Shown: positions 1 through 11,156, counted from the stretch's first letter. The stretch: 64,000 nt of DNA from Candidatus Latescibacterota bacterium (GCA_965197905.1 CBDAOB010000005.1:1824001-1888000), one strand, 5' to 3'. Translations and numbers: made by a program. The notes: generated by a model not told the origin, from the sequence alone.

Positions 1-1006
1 GGATCGAGTAGTGCCTTTTGAATAGTTCAAATCCTGCACGTGCTATCTCGTTCCTTCTACTCGGATGCTCGCGCAGGAAGATGATGGCCTCAGCCAACGC
101 CTCGGCGTCACCGTGAGGAACGAGCCATGCGTTTCTCCCGTGACTGAACACTTCCCTTGCGGCTGGGGAATCACCGGTGATTAGCGGCCGTGCGGAGGCG
201 ATCGCGGCGTATGCCTTATTAGGCACCACCTGTTGGGCCTTCTCGGTCCTTCCGAAGATCCCCAGGCAGATATCCGCCCTGCTCTGTAGAACCGCCAACT
301 CATGCTCTCGCACCCTAGAACGCAGTTTGACGTCTTCGAGAGTGTTGGCTTCCACTGCAGCCTGAACGGAGTCTCTTCCAGGACCATCGCCCACCATGAC
401 GAAACTAACTCCCATGCCTGCCAATCTACGTGCCGCTTCTACTATGACATCGACGCCTTGAAGAGGAATGAAGGATCCCCAGAATAGCACCGTAAATTCC
501 TCTCCAACATCAGGCTCACACTCCCCGGTAAAGACATTCTCGTCAGCGCCTACGGGAACACATTCAAATTTCCCGGGCCATAGTCTAAATTCCCGCAAGA
601 AATAATCGATCTGGCTGCGGGTATCCAAAATCACCCTGTCGCTAAGTCTGCAGGCGGCGACATCCACCAGGCGCCAGAACAACGCTCTTGCTCCGTCCGG
701 AGCGCATCGAGCCTTGTCGTGCACCACTGTCTGGTATACCGAAAAATACGCATCGAATATTATCGGACCCTTCGCAATGAGCCGAAAGAACGGCAACATG
801 AAATGGCCACTAGAGCCCACCCACAATACGTCGTAGTCGAGAGAGCGATTTAGCGTTCTGAAGCGAACGAGCTTCTTTAGGAAAAACGACTCTTCCCGAC
901 GAAAATGAAACTCAACAACAAAGGCGCCATTCGATTTCAGTCCGTTGATCAAGATCCGCGTTCTCGAATACTCCGGATCGCCTATGGTCACATACAGAAT
1001 TTTCAC
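1..1006 (-). CDS. Glycosyltransferase family 4 (GT-B), runs off the left window edge
   Basis: Absent from the ORF track because it has no stop in the window. Hand translation from GTG at 1006 gives MKILYVTIGDPEYSRTRILINGLK...FWGSFIPLQGVDVIVEAA...ADICLGIFGRTEKAQQVVPNKAYAAIASARPLITGDSP. Clear paralog of 9127-10272. Confidence 0.85.
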   Translation of the reverse strand, partial: MKILYVTIGDPEYSRTRILINGLKSNGAFVVEFHFRREESFFLKKLVRFRTLNRSLDYDVLWVGSSGHFMLPFFRLIAKGPIIFDAYFSVYQTVVHDKARCAPDGARALFWRLVDVAACRLSDRVILDTRSQIDYFLREFRLWPGKFECVPVGADENVFTGECEPDVGEEFTVLFWGSFIPLQGVDVIVEAARRLAGMGVSFVMVGDGPGRDSVQAAVEANTLEDVKLRSRVREHELAVLQSRADICLGIFGRTEKAQQVVPNKAYAAIASARPLITGDSPAAREVFSHGRNAWLVPHGDAEALAEAIIFLREHPSRRNEIARAGFELFKRHYSI

Positions 1007-1031
1007 TTGCCGCCCATTCGAACCCGAACTG

Positions 1032-1784
1032 TCACGCGAGCGGGACCTTTTCTGCAATACCCCAGAGGGATTTGAATCTGCTACTAGTTCCATCTGTCTT
1101 CCTTTTTAGTCGGGGATAGATGTTTGGAACGAATGACAACAACCTCGACGGCACGAACAGAAACGGCCACAAACCCTCTGGAATCTTCTCCAGGATTCCC
1201 TCGGGAAGAAATTGAACCATCGACGGAACCGGGTTCCAAACTCGAACATCCCCATTGAACCCTGTTCTTCTCAGGAGCTCGCGAAGCTCGTCACGCGTGA
1301 CCCCGTGTCCGATTTCCTTGCGATGTCGATACACTAGGTGATCGTTGTTGGGAGTTGAAAAAAGCAAACATCCTCCTGTCTTGAGAACTCGCCAAACCTC
1401 CGCGAGAAGGGCAACTTGAGAATCGCACGAGTCGGGAATTTCCAAAACATGACTCAGGACCACTCCATCGAAGAAACCGTCGGGCCAGGGAATCTCGTAG
1501 AACGAAGCTGTCTTGAATACTCCTTGCGGACAAAGATGTTGCGCCTCCTGCACTAAGGCAGCACAGTGGTCGACACCGTGAATTCGAGCCCCAGTGGCGA
1601 AGCTAATCATGAACCCCGTATTGCAACCGACGTCCAAGACATTTCCGTCGAGGGCCATTATTTCCTCGATGATTCGAACACGCACATCCAGGTAATCGCC
1701 CCACCAAGTCTTTGGGCTCCACTGTTTATATCGGCTTGCAGTCTGCAGCAAGAATCCCATTTGCGCCCAACCGCTACCGTTCAT
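1032..1784 (-). CDS. Class I SAM-dependent methyltransferase
   Basis: Motif I VLDVGCNTG, plus FFDGVVLSHVLE and RVLKTGGCLLFSTPN. Confidence 0.85.
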   Translation of the reverse strand: MNGSGWAQMGFLLQTASRYKQWSPKTWWGDYLDVRVRIIEEIMALDGNVLDVGCNTGFMISFATGARIHGVDHCAALVQEAQHLCPQGVFKTASFYEIPWPDGFFDGVVLSHVLEIPDSCDSQVALLAEVWRVLKTGGCLLFSTPNNDHLVYRHRKEIGHGVTRDELRELLRRTGFNGDVRVWNPVPSMVQFLPEGILEKIPEGLWPFLFVPSRLLSFVPNIYPRLKRKTDGTSSRFKSLWGIAEKVPLA

Positions 1785-1943
1785 CCCGTCAAGACTCGAA
1801 ACAAGCTAGGTCGAAGAATCCGTGCATCTTGTAATACGCCGCAACGGTCCACGCGAGGACACTGCAGCGCACGGCGATTAGCACCAGGCTCTTCCACATT
1901 CTGGAAACGTACCTGTCCGTCGCACTTTCCAAGCACCGCGAAG

Positions 1944-3035
1944 TCATGGGTCGACCGGAAGTGCGTTGGATGTATTCCGGAGACGTCCGAGAGCTCGCCA
2001 CCCTATGCCGTCGCGACTTTGCAATTCGAAATCTGCAACTCGAGCATTGGCGAACCAAGTTTCAACCTCTTGGCGTTCGAAATATTCAGTTGAGGGTGCT
2101 GCGAGCCGATCGAACCAGTCTGCGTGGCCGACCCGGAACGGTAGGTCCGCGTATCGCGTAAATGGCAATCTTGCCGATATTCCACGTCCCCACGGAAGAC
2201 TCCGAAGAACCTTGAAGGGCAATGAAAACACCAGGAAAGAGAGGACGTTCAAACAGAGGGAGATATAATACAGGGAACGCATGGAGGTACTGCGGAACAC
2301 GAGTCTCATGAGATCAACCAAGCGATACAAACCTTTTCGCTTCCCGTACACCCAGACGAAAATCCCCCCATCCTTTTTGAGAAGGCGAGACAAGCTAAGA
2401 AACCCACCCTCCGGATCCGGAAGATGTTGGATAACACCGACGGAATAGACCAGATCAAACACCGGCTTTAGGGGCGGGTCGAAAATGTCTCCCTGGATCA
2501 CATCCACGTTTTCGCACTCTCGAGTATTGTGACGAGCAGCTTCGACAGCCTCGCTCAAATCCATAGCGATGACCTTCGCACCGTTAGCAGCAGCGTGGAA
2601 CGAATGCCTCCCGAAACCACACCCAGCATCCAATACAAACTTCCCCCTAAAATCAGAAGGTTTCATCAATGGCTCGAAATAGCTGCGGAAGTTGTCTCCC
2701 CAATGTTCGTACATCTCGGAAAAGGTTGTCCATTGATAGCCAAAGTTTCGCAGCGTCTTGAGCTTTAGTGTCGACTCATCCTCATCCGGATCCGCCGGGC
2801 GTTCTGCAGAAGCGTTGACGTACTCGGGATGAAATCTCTTCAGCGTTTCGGCCAAAAGACCCTGTTTTAGCAGTCGTGGAATTCCGTTGATTATCGGAAA
2901 ATGATGCCCCTGCTGACACGAAAGTTCACCGTTTTCAAGATCCCCCGCTTCTCCCGAGTTAAATTGCGGTTCGGAGGATAGTAGATCGCCTTGACAGATA
3001 GGACATGCGATCACTCCTAGTAAGAAACGTCTCAT
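1944..3035 (-). CDS. Class I SAM-dependent methyltransferase with N-terminal Trm112-like Zn-ribbon
   Basis: N-terminal IACPICQGDL...LSCQQGHHFPIINGIPRLL; FGYQW; VLDAGCGFGRH; FDLVYSVGVIQH. Confidence 0.88.
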   Translation of the reverse strand: MRRFLLGVIACPICQGDLLSSEPQFNSGEAGDLENGELSCQQGHHFPIINGIPRLLKQGLLAETLKRFHPEYVNASAERPADPDEDESTLKLKTLRNFGYQWTTFSEMYEHWGDNFRSYFEPLMKPSDFRGKFVLDAGCGFGRHSFHAAANGAKVIAMDLSEAVEAARHNTRECENVDVIQGDIFDPPLKPVFDLVYSVGVIQHLPDPEGGFLSLSRLLKKDGGIFVWVYGKRKGLYRLVDLMRLVFRSTSMRSLYYISLCLNVLSFLVFSLPFKVLRSLPWGRGISARLPFTRYADLPFRVGHADWFDRLAAPSTEYFERQEVETWFANARVADFELQSRDGIGWRALGRLRNTSNALPVDP

Positions 3036-3244
3036 AGTTCGACGGACCGCCCGACAACGAGTTTGGCGCGAGAATATCCGGCTTTTAGCCGTGCAGTTGT
3101 AACAATCGAGAGGGGAACCAGATTCAAGGGATGTGGATTAAAAGCGATTCGAAATATCGTGTAATCGGTGGGAGTCGGACGACTCGGAAAATGAGAGCAG
3201 AGCATGTCGATACGACTCCCGTTCAACCCATCAAAAAGCAAATA

Positions 3245-5157
3245 TTAAACCAGCCCCCTAGAACCCTTCGACTTGCATTTATTGTGCTGAAGCCACAGCT
3301 CTAGCACAATGATCGCCCAGAGCTGCTGGCTCCAATCCCTGCGACCTGAATCGTGCTCGGAAATCATTGTTTTTACTCGCTTCAAGTCGAAGTATTCACC
3401 AGTGGCGCGCGTTTTTACTAGGATGCTGTCCAACATCCACGACCTGAGCTCGGTTTGGAGCCAGCTCGCCAGGGGAATGGCGAAACCTTGTTTCCGTCGC
3501 CGAAGGATTGAACTGGGAAGATACTTTTCGGCAAGCTTTCGCAACAGAATCTTGCTGTGCCGCGAGGAGTATTTGAGATTCTTCGGTAGTCTAGACATCA
3601 ATTCGACGATTTTGTGGTCAAGCAATGGTGAGCGGGCTTCGAGCGAATTCGCCATAGTCATCCGATCGAGCTTTACCAGAATGTCGTCCGGCAGATAAGT
3701 CATCAGATCTAGCCACAACATGCGCTGCTGCCCGGCATGCGCTTGGTCGCTGAAATAATCCTGAAAGCTGTCGGGGCCCTCATATTCGACTAGTACATCG
3801 GCAAATTGTTCCGTATACAGCAGATTTTTCTCTTTTCGGGTAAAAAAAAAGCCCAGCTAGTGTTTGGAGCCTCGGCGACCGCAGTTGAATACTCCGCAAA
3901 CCGCTTAATCTTCTTGATCGTACTTGCTCCAAAGTACGTCGATGGTTCCCTGATACCACCGAATAGGGTCTGCAGCAAATTTATTCCCCCAAGACTTGGA
4001 AGGTGACCCGCCAGATCCGCCCAAGTTCGAGCCTGATATCTCCGATATCCACCGAAGATCTCGTCTCCTCCATCCCCACTCAGGGCGACGGTAACCTTTT
4101 CGCGCGTCACCCTGGACAGGTGGAATGTTGGAATCGCCGACGAGTCAGCGAATGGCTCACCGAAATGTTCAATAAGCTGTGGAACGATATTCGTAACGTC
4201 ATAGGATACCAGGTGTTCCTCATGTTCCGTATCGAGCGCCAGGGCCACTTCCCGCGCAAAAGTTAATTCGTTGTAGGCGGTATCATCAAAGCCAATCGAA
4301 AAGGTCCTGACAGGCTTAGTTGACGATTGTTGCATCATGGCGGTAATCAGGCTGGAATCCAACCCCCCGCTCAGAAACGCCCCCACGGGCACATCTGCCA
4401 ACATCCTCAACGAGACCGCCTCCCTCAGGGTACCGTCCAATTCCTCGACCAAGTCAGCGGTCGGTCGCCGCTTGTCTACGTGGTCATAACGCACAGACCA
4501 GTAGCGTTCGATTGTGAGTTTTCCGTCCCGGTAGATAGCATAAGAAGCGGGGGGTAGTTTGCGTACGGACTTGTAGATGGTACGTGGATGAGGTACAAAC
4601 AGATATGTGAGGTACTCGTCGATTGCCACCGGATCGATGCTACTATCTATATCGGTACAGAACAAAGGAGCGATTTCCGATGCAAAGACAAGCGAGTCGG
4701 CTGTATGGGCATAGAAAAGCGGCTTTTTCCCCAAGCGGTCGCGGGCGAGAAGCAGCGAATCATCACGACTGTCCCAAATGGCAAACGCATACATGCCTCG
4801 GAGTTGTCGAAATAGGTTCTCACCCTCATCCTCGTAGAGGTGAACTATGGTTTCGGTGTCAGCTTGCGTCCGGAACCTATGCCCCCGGCGGATTAGATCG
4901 GCGCGCAACTCATGGTGATTGTAAATTTCGCCGTTAAACACGATCCAGATCGAACCATCTTCGTTTGACATCGGCTGGCTACCGCCCTCCAGATCGACGA
5001 CCTTTAGGCGGCGCATGGCCAATCCGATGTTCCGTTCGCAATAAATACCCTCGTCATCCGGCCCACGATGAACCATTCGTTGGCACATGCACTCCAGAAC
5101 TTCCCTCGAGACATGCCTGTTATTGTCCGCAGCTGCTATGCCCGCGATTCCACACAT
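3245..5157 (-). pseudogene. asnB: Asparagine synthase (glutamine-hydrolysing)-type amidotransferase, split by a 1-nt frameshift in an A9/T9 tract (fragments 3790-5157 and 3245-3721)
   Basis: N-fragment has MCGIAG, HRGPDD, FNGEIYNH, LSGGLDSS, LSGDGGDE. C-fragment has YLPDDILVKLDRMTMANSLEARSPLLD and RRKQGF. One extra T at 3842-3850 joins them in frame (WAFFFTRKEKNLLYTEQFADVL...QQRMLWLDL). It may be an intact gene with a sequencing error. Confidence 0.9.
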
Positions 5158-6348
5158 CTAGTTTCGCATTGCCTCTCCGTAGATTTCCTCTACCTTCGTG
5201 GCGCAAGCACTCCACGTAAGTCCCTTCTCCAAAACGCTCTGCCTGCCACGATCTCCCAGTCTTAGGCAACGCTGCGCATTACTCATCAGCTCGCGGATTG
5301 CCATCGACAGCGACTCGACATCGCCACAATCTACCAGAACCCCTGACTCCTCGTCCGTGATAAGCTCGGAGGTACCGCCAACGTTGGTCGCAACTACCGG
5401 GACTCCGCAAGCTTGAGCCTCTATGACGACGTTCGGACGTCCCTCAGAAAGGCTCGGCAGGACCAAGACGTTGGCGGCATTCATCCATGAAACCATCTCG
5501 CTATGAGGGCGACGGCCAACAAACAAGACCTTCTCCTCAAATCCGCCGCTCTTCACGGCGTACTCCAGCTCTGATCGCAAGGGTCCTTCGCCGGCCAAAA
5601 CCAGAAGAAAACGTTTTTCTTCGATCAATCTCGCTGCCTCCAAAAGGTATGTGAGTCCCTTCACAGGTGCGAGCATGCCGACGAAGAGGACAATAAATCG
5701 ATCCCCCGGCAAGTCGAGATCCCTGCGAGAAACAGACCGGTCGCGAGGTCGAAACTGGGCATCGACGCCGTTGGGAACCACGCGAACACGGTTTTTGTTG
5801 GCACCGATTTCAACCAACCTTGCGGCTATATCGTCGCTGACCGCCAGCAGTCGATCAACCTTGCGGTAGACGAAGCGATTGAGTGCTCTCAAGAACGTTC
5901 CTGATGCGTGGATATCTGATCCCCGCACTGAGAGAACAACCGCCTGGTGTCCGCAACATCTGGCCATCAGTGCAACCAAACCACAGATCGTCCAGTTGCA
6001 ATGAATCACCTCGCACCGTCGAACAAGCCTGACCGCTGCCAACACGAACCCCGCAAGAAAGAATGGAGTTTGTACTCGCGCCAAGAAGCTCGTGGCAATG
6101 TTCGACGGAATCCCTCCTCGGTAAGCCACTCGTTGAAGTCTGGACGGCAACATGTATCTGAACCGAGTGATCTTGATTCCACCCAAATTCTCAGAACGTT
6201 CGATGCCCTCTTCATGTGGAGCCAGCACCTCAAGGCTATGCCCTCGGGCTTGCAGCTCGAGGGCCATTTGGTACACAAAATTCCCGTAGTAATCGCCAGA
6301 AAAACGGGGGAAACTCGTCGATAATATGCAAACTCTCACCGGCCCCAT
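5158..6348 (-). CDS. Glycosyltransferase family 4
   Basis: FVGMLAPVKGL and PSLSEGRPNVVIEAQACGVPVVATNVGG (EX7E motif). Confidence 0.92.
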   Translation of the reverse strand: MGPVRVCILSTSFPRFSGDYYGNFVYQMALELQARGHSLEVLAPHEEGIERSENLGGIKITRFRYMLPSRLQRVAYRGGIPSNIATSFLARVQTPFFLAGFVLAAVRLVRRCEVIHCNWTICGLVALMARCCGHQAVVLSVRGSDIHASGTFLRALNRFVYRKVDRLLAVSDDIAARLVEIGANKNRVRVVPNGVDAQFRPRDRSVSRRDLDLPGDRFIVLFVGMLAPVKGLTYLLEAARLIEEKRFLLVLAGEGPLRSELEYAVKSGGFEEKVLFVGRRPHSEMVSWMNAANVLVLPSLSEGRPNVVIEAQACGVPVVATNVGGTSELITDEESGVLVDCGDVESLSMAIRELMSNAQRCLRLGDRGRQSVLEKGLTWSACATKVEEIYGEAMRN

Positions 6349-7293
6349 TCAACTGCTTTCCTCCATGTCATATAACATGGCAAAAAGAAGAAATTGGATT
6401 CCCATAATGATCATCAACGCGCAGACAACGGAACGCGGCCCGCTTACACCAACTCCAACCAACTGCTGGTAGGCCAAAAACACACCGAAACCGACCCCGA
6501 GCGGAAGCAAGAGCAACCCGAACAAGTAAAAAAAGAACAGGGGATGGAAATCCCTGATTAGATACTTGCTAAACAGGCGCCAGAAGAACCCATGGACCAA
6601 CATAGGGGCCACGCGGAGGGCGTAACTTCCTCCCTTTATCTGCGACTGCCGCTCTCCCTGCAGATAGATCGCGCGCCTGGGCACATCCAACACCTTAAGC
6701 CCATAGGCATTCAGCCGAACCAAAAAATCCATTGGATAGCCATACCCCTTCCAGGCTTTGTTCCAATCGATCAGATCGACTCCTCTCTTCGTAATAGCCG
6801 TGAATCCGTCCACCACGTCGTAGACCTTGTAATATCCAGACGCGACCTTCGTCATAATTGAGATCAATGCATTGGGGAAGAACCGGGTCCAGGGCATGTC
6901 CTCCAAGCCCACCTCCGGCATCATAAAACGATTGCCTTTGGTATAATCTGCTCGGCCGTCGACGATAGGATCCAGAAGATCGCCGATTTGTTCCATGGGC
7001 ATCTGGTTGTCCCCACCTACCACAACGGTTACATCATGTTCCTGCTTACTGGATTCCAGGTAACCGGTAATGATGGACTGTCCGACCCCCTGGTTTTTCT
7101 CGTGCTGTAGAAGTCGAATGCGGTCATCCCCGCGGCTCTTCTCCGCAACGATCGAGGTCGTTTGGTCGCTGCTGCAGTCGTCAACAACAAATACCGCATC
7201 GATAAGACCCGGCACTGCTTCCAGAGTGGGCCCGATGAGCCGCTCCTCGTTGTAAGCCGGTATTACGAGTGAGATTTTTTTCCCTCGGTACAC
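6349..7293 (-). CDS. Glycosyltransferase family 2 with C-terminal TM helices (DPM1/polyprenol-P-sugar synthase-like)
   Basis: VIPAYNEE, VVDDCSSDQT, NQGVG, KGNRF; two hydrophobic C-terminal segments. Confidence 0.88.
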   Translation of the reverse strand: MYRGKKISLVIPAYNEERLIGPTLEAVPGLIDAVFVVDDCSSDQTTSIVAEKSRGDDRIRLLQHEKNQGVGQSIITGYLESSKQEHDVTVVVGGDNQMPMEQIGDLLDPIVDGRADYTKGNRFMMPEVGLEDMPWTRFFPNALISIMTKVASGYYKVYDVVDGFTAITKRGVDLIDWNKAWKGYGYPMDFLVRLNAYGLKVLDVPRRAIYLQGERQSQIKGGSYALRVAPMLVHGFFWRLFSKYLIRDFHPLFFFYLFGLLLLPLGVGFGVFLAYQQLVGVGVSGPRSVVCALMIIMGIQFLLFAMLYDMEESS

Positions 7294-7303
7294 GTCGCCC
7301 TCG

Positions 7304-8334
7304 CTAGTTCAGGTCGATGAGCGCTCCGCCGCTCTCCAGAGATTTGCTGGCCGCTTCCAGAATGCGCACAACCCGTAATCCGCTCTCGCCGTTCGTTCGG
7401 GGGTCCCGATTGTTTGCAACGCATGCCAGAAATTCCGCGCATTCTACCCTGAGCGGCTCCACGAAGTCAATCCTAGGTATCAGCACATCCCCGGCGCGCT
7501 GGATCAATTGAAATTTTCCGAAGGTGTCGAACTCCCCCAGCGATCCGCCTATATGCCGCCGATCGATACCCTTGTCGAAGAGTTGAATCTTGGCATCGGC
7601 GCTCGAATCATCGTACACCACCATTTTCTCGCTGCCGACCACCGTCGTGCGCCTCACTTTGCCCGGGTCCAACCAGCTGACGTGAATGTGCGCCGCAACT
7701 CCACTGGCAAACTCCAGGTTTAGGTAAACCACGTCCTCAACGCCCTTCTGAAGATAGGTATAGCCGCGGGCGTTTACCGCGACCGGCATCCCCTTGAGCC
7801 ATTTCAGGGCGATGGATATATCATGAGGAGCGAGATTCCACATCGCATTCACATCCTGGCGCACGATACCGAGATTGAGCCTCTGGGAATAGATGTAGTA
7901 GAGTTCTCCGAGCTCTTGCTTCTCTATATAGTCCGCGATGCGCTCCACCGCCGCGTTGTATTCGAAGGTGTGCCCAACCATAAGCACCGTCCCTCGGTTC
8001 TGCGCCAATTCGATCAGCTGCTCGCACTGCGAAACGGTTCTGGCGAGCGGCTTCTCTATGAACACGGATCTGCCGCTTTCTATAATGGCCTTTCCGAGCT
8101 CGTAGTGAGTATCGGCCGGCGTCGCCAGCGCGATGGCGTCAATCTTGCCGTCTGTGAGCAGATCCTGGAGGCAGTTGGCCAGGCGCAGCAGCGGATAAGA
8201 TCTGCCTATGTTCTCGAGTCGCTTCGGCGATGCGTCTGCCACCGCAACCAGCTCGCACTCGTCTAGAACTCCGAAATTCCGGATCAAGTTGGGACCCAGT
8301 AGCCGGCCCCTACAACCCCGATGCCAATAGTCAT
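7304..8334 (-). CDS. Gfo/Idh/MocA family oxidoreductase (nucleotide-sugar dehydrogenase-like); true start 8334 with a 1-nt frameshift at 8295-8297
   Basis: ATPADTH, IEKPLA, VGHTFEYN, WNLAPHDIS. The Rossmann start MTIGIGVVGAGYW at 8334 joins GPNLIRNF if the C3 at 8295-8297 is read as C4. Confidence 0.88.
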
Positions 8335-8360
8335 TTCTTTGTCATTGCGCCTGAAGCGAG

Positions 8361-9137
8361 CTATCCTCTCTTCCGTGCGACCACCAGAACCCCCCTTCCC
8401 CACTGAAAGTGAGAGAATAGCTCATCGAATTGCAACGCCCGCGACACCAGTTGGACCAAGACGCGAGACCGCCCGACCTGCGTATCAACTCTTGTTTCCC
8501 GCTCATCCATGGAAGCTCCCGCCGTGCGTTTGAGCCAGGGGGCGAATAGCAACCTGTGATAGAGTCGCCCAAGAGGGAATCCCCATATCTTGGTACGCTC
8601 GACCACGAATCCGGCATTTTCGAACAATCCAATGAGCCCAGGTTTTGTATATCGTTTTACATGTCGAGCCCAAACATCACTATCGTCCCACAGCGCCGGG
8701 TTGAAAGGAACGCTAACCACACAGGGAGCCCCCACCCTCAAGACCCGGTAAAATTCGGCGACTGCCCGCGCGTCTCCCCCTTGCTCGGGAGTCACGTGCT
8801 CCAACACCTCACCACACACGAGGCCATCGAATTGATCGTCGCCAAAGCTCAACTCCGTCACCGAACCCTGACGGACGCGAAGGGTTTCCTCCAGACCGCT
8901 CCGGGCAGCCACCGTTTGAACGAATTCAACGAACTGAGGTGAATCCTCCACCGCATCGACGTCGTAGCCGCAACGGCATAGGTCGACAGCCAAGCTCCCG
9001 CTCCCGCATCCCGCATCCAAGACGCGACCTCGTGCGACGGCCCGGCGTAACAGCCGCAACAGCAGGCGTTCGCGGAACAGATGCACCGGTCCGCGAATCT
9101 CGCACTCACCCCAATCGGTCGCGGACTCAACTTGCAA
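8361..9137 (-). CDS. Class I SAM-dependent methyltransferase
   Basis: VLDAGCGSG; FDGLVCGEVLEHV; SVPFNPALW...HVKRY. Confidence 0.87.
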   Translation of the reverse strand: MQVESATDWGECEIRGPVHLFRERLLLRLLRRAVARGRVLDAGCGSGSLAVDLCRCGYDVDAVEDSPQFVEFVQTVAARSGLEETLRVRQGSVTELSFGDDQFDGLVCGEVLEHVTPEQGGDARAVAEFYRVLRVGAPCVVSVPFNPALWDDSDVWARHVKRYTKPGLIGLFENAGFVVERTKIWGFPLGRLYHRLLFAPWLKRTAGASMDERETRVDTQVGRSRVLVQLVSRALQFDELFSHFQWGRGVLVVARKRG

Positions 9138-10272
9138 GCCGATGCTCCAGAACCGGCATCAGGTGTCTTCCAATCGCCGCCGGTGTCCCGCACGACTGAT
9201 ACCGTTGGTACCCCGAGTTGGCAATACGAGCCAAGAGCGTGCGGTCAGCGTGAAGTCTGGTAATTGATCTGGCGAGATCGGCCCCGTCCGGAGCGCACAA
9301 TAGCGCGGTATCTCCATCCTGCAGGAATTCCCGAATGGCCGGCGAATCCCTGGTAACTACTGCTTTGCGCAGGGCGATTGCGCCGAAAACCTTATACGGG
9401 ATGACCCGCGCCGCTTTTGCCGTGCTTCCGAATATACCCAAGCAGAGGTCGGCAGAGCGAATCTGTTCGACCAGCTCACGAGGTCCCATCCACCGGTCGA
9501 TGAGCTCGATATTACACAGCTCTCGGGCTCTGGCTTCCATCGACTCAAAAAGCTGTCCTCGGCCAATCAGGGTAAATTGGATCTCACGTTCATGCAGGAG
9601 TCGAGTAGCCGCATCGAGGATCACGTCGACGCCATGCAACGGCACGTAGGTGCCGTAAAACAGAACTCGAAACGATCCGCAACTCTGGCCCGCCGATTCA
9701 TGGGGAGGCGGTTCGTATTCGTGAAATTCATGCCCCACGAAACTACGCTGAAACTTGCCTTCCGGCAGTCCAAACAACTGGGCGTAGTAGCGGATCTGTT
9801 CCCGAGTGTCCACGAGCACTAGATCGGCTGCTCGAAAAGCCATCTGGTCGATCGCCTTCAGTAGAACCGCCCGCCAACTTCCGGGAGCTACCAGCGCGCG
9901 ATCGACGGCCATCGTATCGTATAGCGAAATGAAGCTCACCAAAACCATCAAACGGCCACTGAACAGATTCAACAAGCGCCCTATAAGAATCTCCAAGAAC
10001 CCGGGATATCCCACAATCACGCATTGGTGTGACCTTGCCCGACCGTACTTGCGAACGAGGGAGACATACGTCTGCAACGCTCGCCATCCCATTCGCGCGA
10101 AATCTCGCCAGTGCCAGCGACCTGGTCCATCGTGAAGAAAACCCTCCCACAGTGATTCGCGGCACTCCTCGACGTCGCAACCCGCCTCGCGTAGTCCCTT
10201 GAGCAGAAACCGGTTGACCGGATACCCCGGATCGGTTTTGTACATCCCGAAGAAACAGATCTCCATGCTCAC
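9127..10272 (-). CDS. Glycosyltransferase family 4
   Basis: FYGTYVPLHGVDVILDAA and ADLCLGIFGSTAKAARVIPYKVF; start overlaps the upstream stop (GTGA). Confidence 0.87.
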   Translation of the reverse strand: MSMEICFFGMYKTDPGYPVNRFLLKGLREAGCDVEECRESLWEGFLHDGPGRWHWRDFARMGWRALQTYVSLVRKYGRARSHQCVIVGYPGFLEILIGRLLNLFSGRLMVLVSFISLYDTMAVDRALVAPGSWRAVLLKAIDQMAFRAADLVLVDTREQIRYYAQLFGLPEGKFQRSFVGHEFHEYEPPPHESAGQSCGSFRVLFYGTYVPLHGVDVILDAATRLLHEREIQFTLIGRGQLFESMEARARELCNIELIDRWMGPRELVEQIRSADLCLGIFGSTAKAARVIPYKVFGAIALRKAVVTRDSPAIREFLQDGDTALLCAPDGADLARSITRLHADRTLLARIANSGYQRYQSCGTPAAIGRHLMPVLEHRLAS

Positions 10273-11156
10273 GATTCATCCGAACGTTCAAAGCGCATTT
10301 GCGCCACTTGCTCCGCAATGAGACCCATCATGAAAATCTGCACCGATGTAGTGAATAGCAGCATCGACATGTTTGTGAACCGGTGGCTGTTCCAATAGGT
10401 GTAGCCGTAATAACCGAGTCCCATAAGGAAGACGTAGACGCTGACCGGCAGGAAGATTCGCAGGGGAGAAAACAGCATGCAGATCTTCATGATAACCAGA
10501 AAGAATTTGGTCCCGTCAGAAAATAATCTGATCTTGCTATTGCCGCTTCTCTTCGCCGCCTTGATCGGGATGTAGCTGACGCTGAATCCCGCCCGCATCA
10601 GGCACAAGGTGATGGTGGTTGGATAGGAGAAACCGTTGGGCAGGAGACTCAAGAATCTCCATGCCACCTCGCGGCGAATCGCTCGAAACCCGGAGGTCAA
10701 ATCGGCAATCTTCTGTCCCGTTACGTAGGTGGCGAACCTGTTGTAGATCGAATTTGCCACACTGCGGTGCCACCCCGCCTGACTGCCTCGTCCCCGGGCT
10801 CCTACAACCATGTCGAACCTTCTACATCCTTCGACAAACCGCGGAATGTCAGCCGGGTCGTGCTGTCCATCCCCGTCCATGAGGATGACGATCTCCCCGC
10901 AGGCCTGTCGGATACCGGTTTTGACCGCCGCTCCGTTTCCTAGATTGTACGGATGCTGAACGACGCGAATGAGCGGATCCACCGCTTTTGCTGCCGCCGC
11001 GGTTCCATCCGTTGACCCGTCGTCAACCACCAGGAGTTCCCAGCCGCCTTCGAGTTGTTTGAGTTGAGCGAGAATAGAGCCCAGCACCGAAGCTATTTGA
11101 CCCGCTTCATTGTAGGCAGGCACAACGATGCTAACGTTGACCGCTGAGCCTCCCAC
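10269..11156 (-). CDS. Glycosyltransferase family 2 (dolichol/polyprenol-phosphate mannose synthase-like) with two C-terminal TM helices
   Basis: VVPAYNE, VVDDGSTDGT, NLGNGAA, MDGDGQHDP, DLTSGFRA, GFSYPTT. Start placed at GTG 11156, overlapping the HNH stop (TAGTG). Confidence 0.9.
   Translation of the reverse strand: MGGSAVNVSIVVPAYNEAGQIASVLGSILAQLKQLEGGWELLVVDDGSTDGTAAAAKAVDPLIRVVQHPYNLGNGAAVKTGIRQACGEIVILMDGDGQHDPADIPRFVEGCRRFDMVVGARGRGSQAGWHRSVANSIYNRFATYVTGQKIADLTSGFRAIRREVAWRFLSLLPNGFSYPTTITLCLMRAGFSVSYIPIKAAKRSGNSKIRLFSDGTKFFLVIMKICMLFSPLRIFLPVSVYVFLMGLGYYGYTYWNSHRFTNMSMLLFTTSVQIFMMGLIAEQVAQMRFERSDES

Noticed and set aside
1789..1947. Short ORF between the methyltransferases (also 3032-3241)
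   Set aside because: No motif support. They could be further deletion remnants, but this cannot be shown from the sequence alone.
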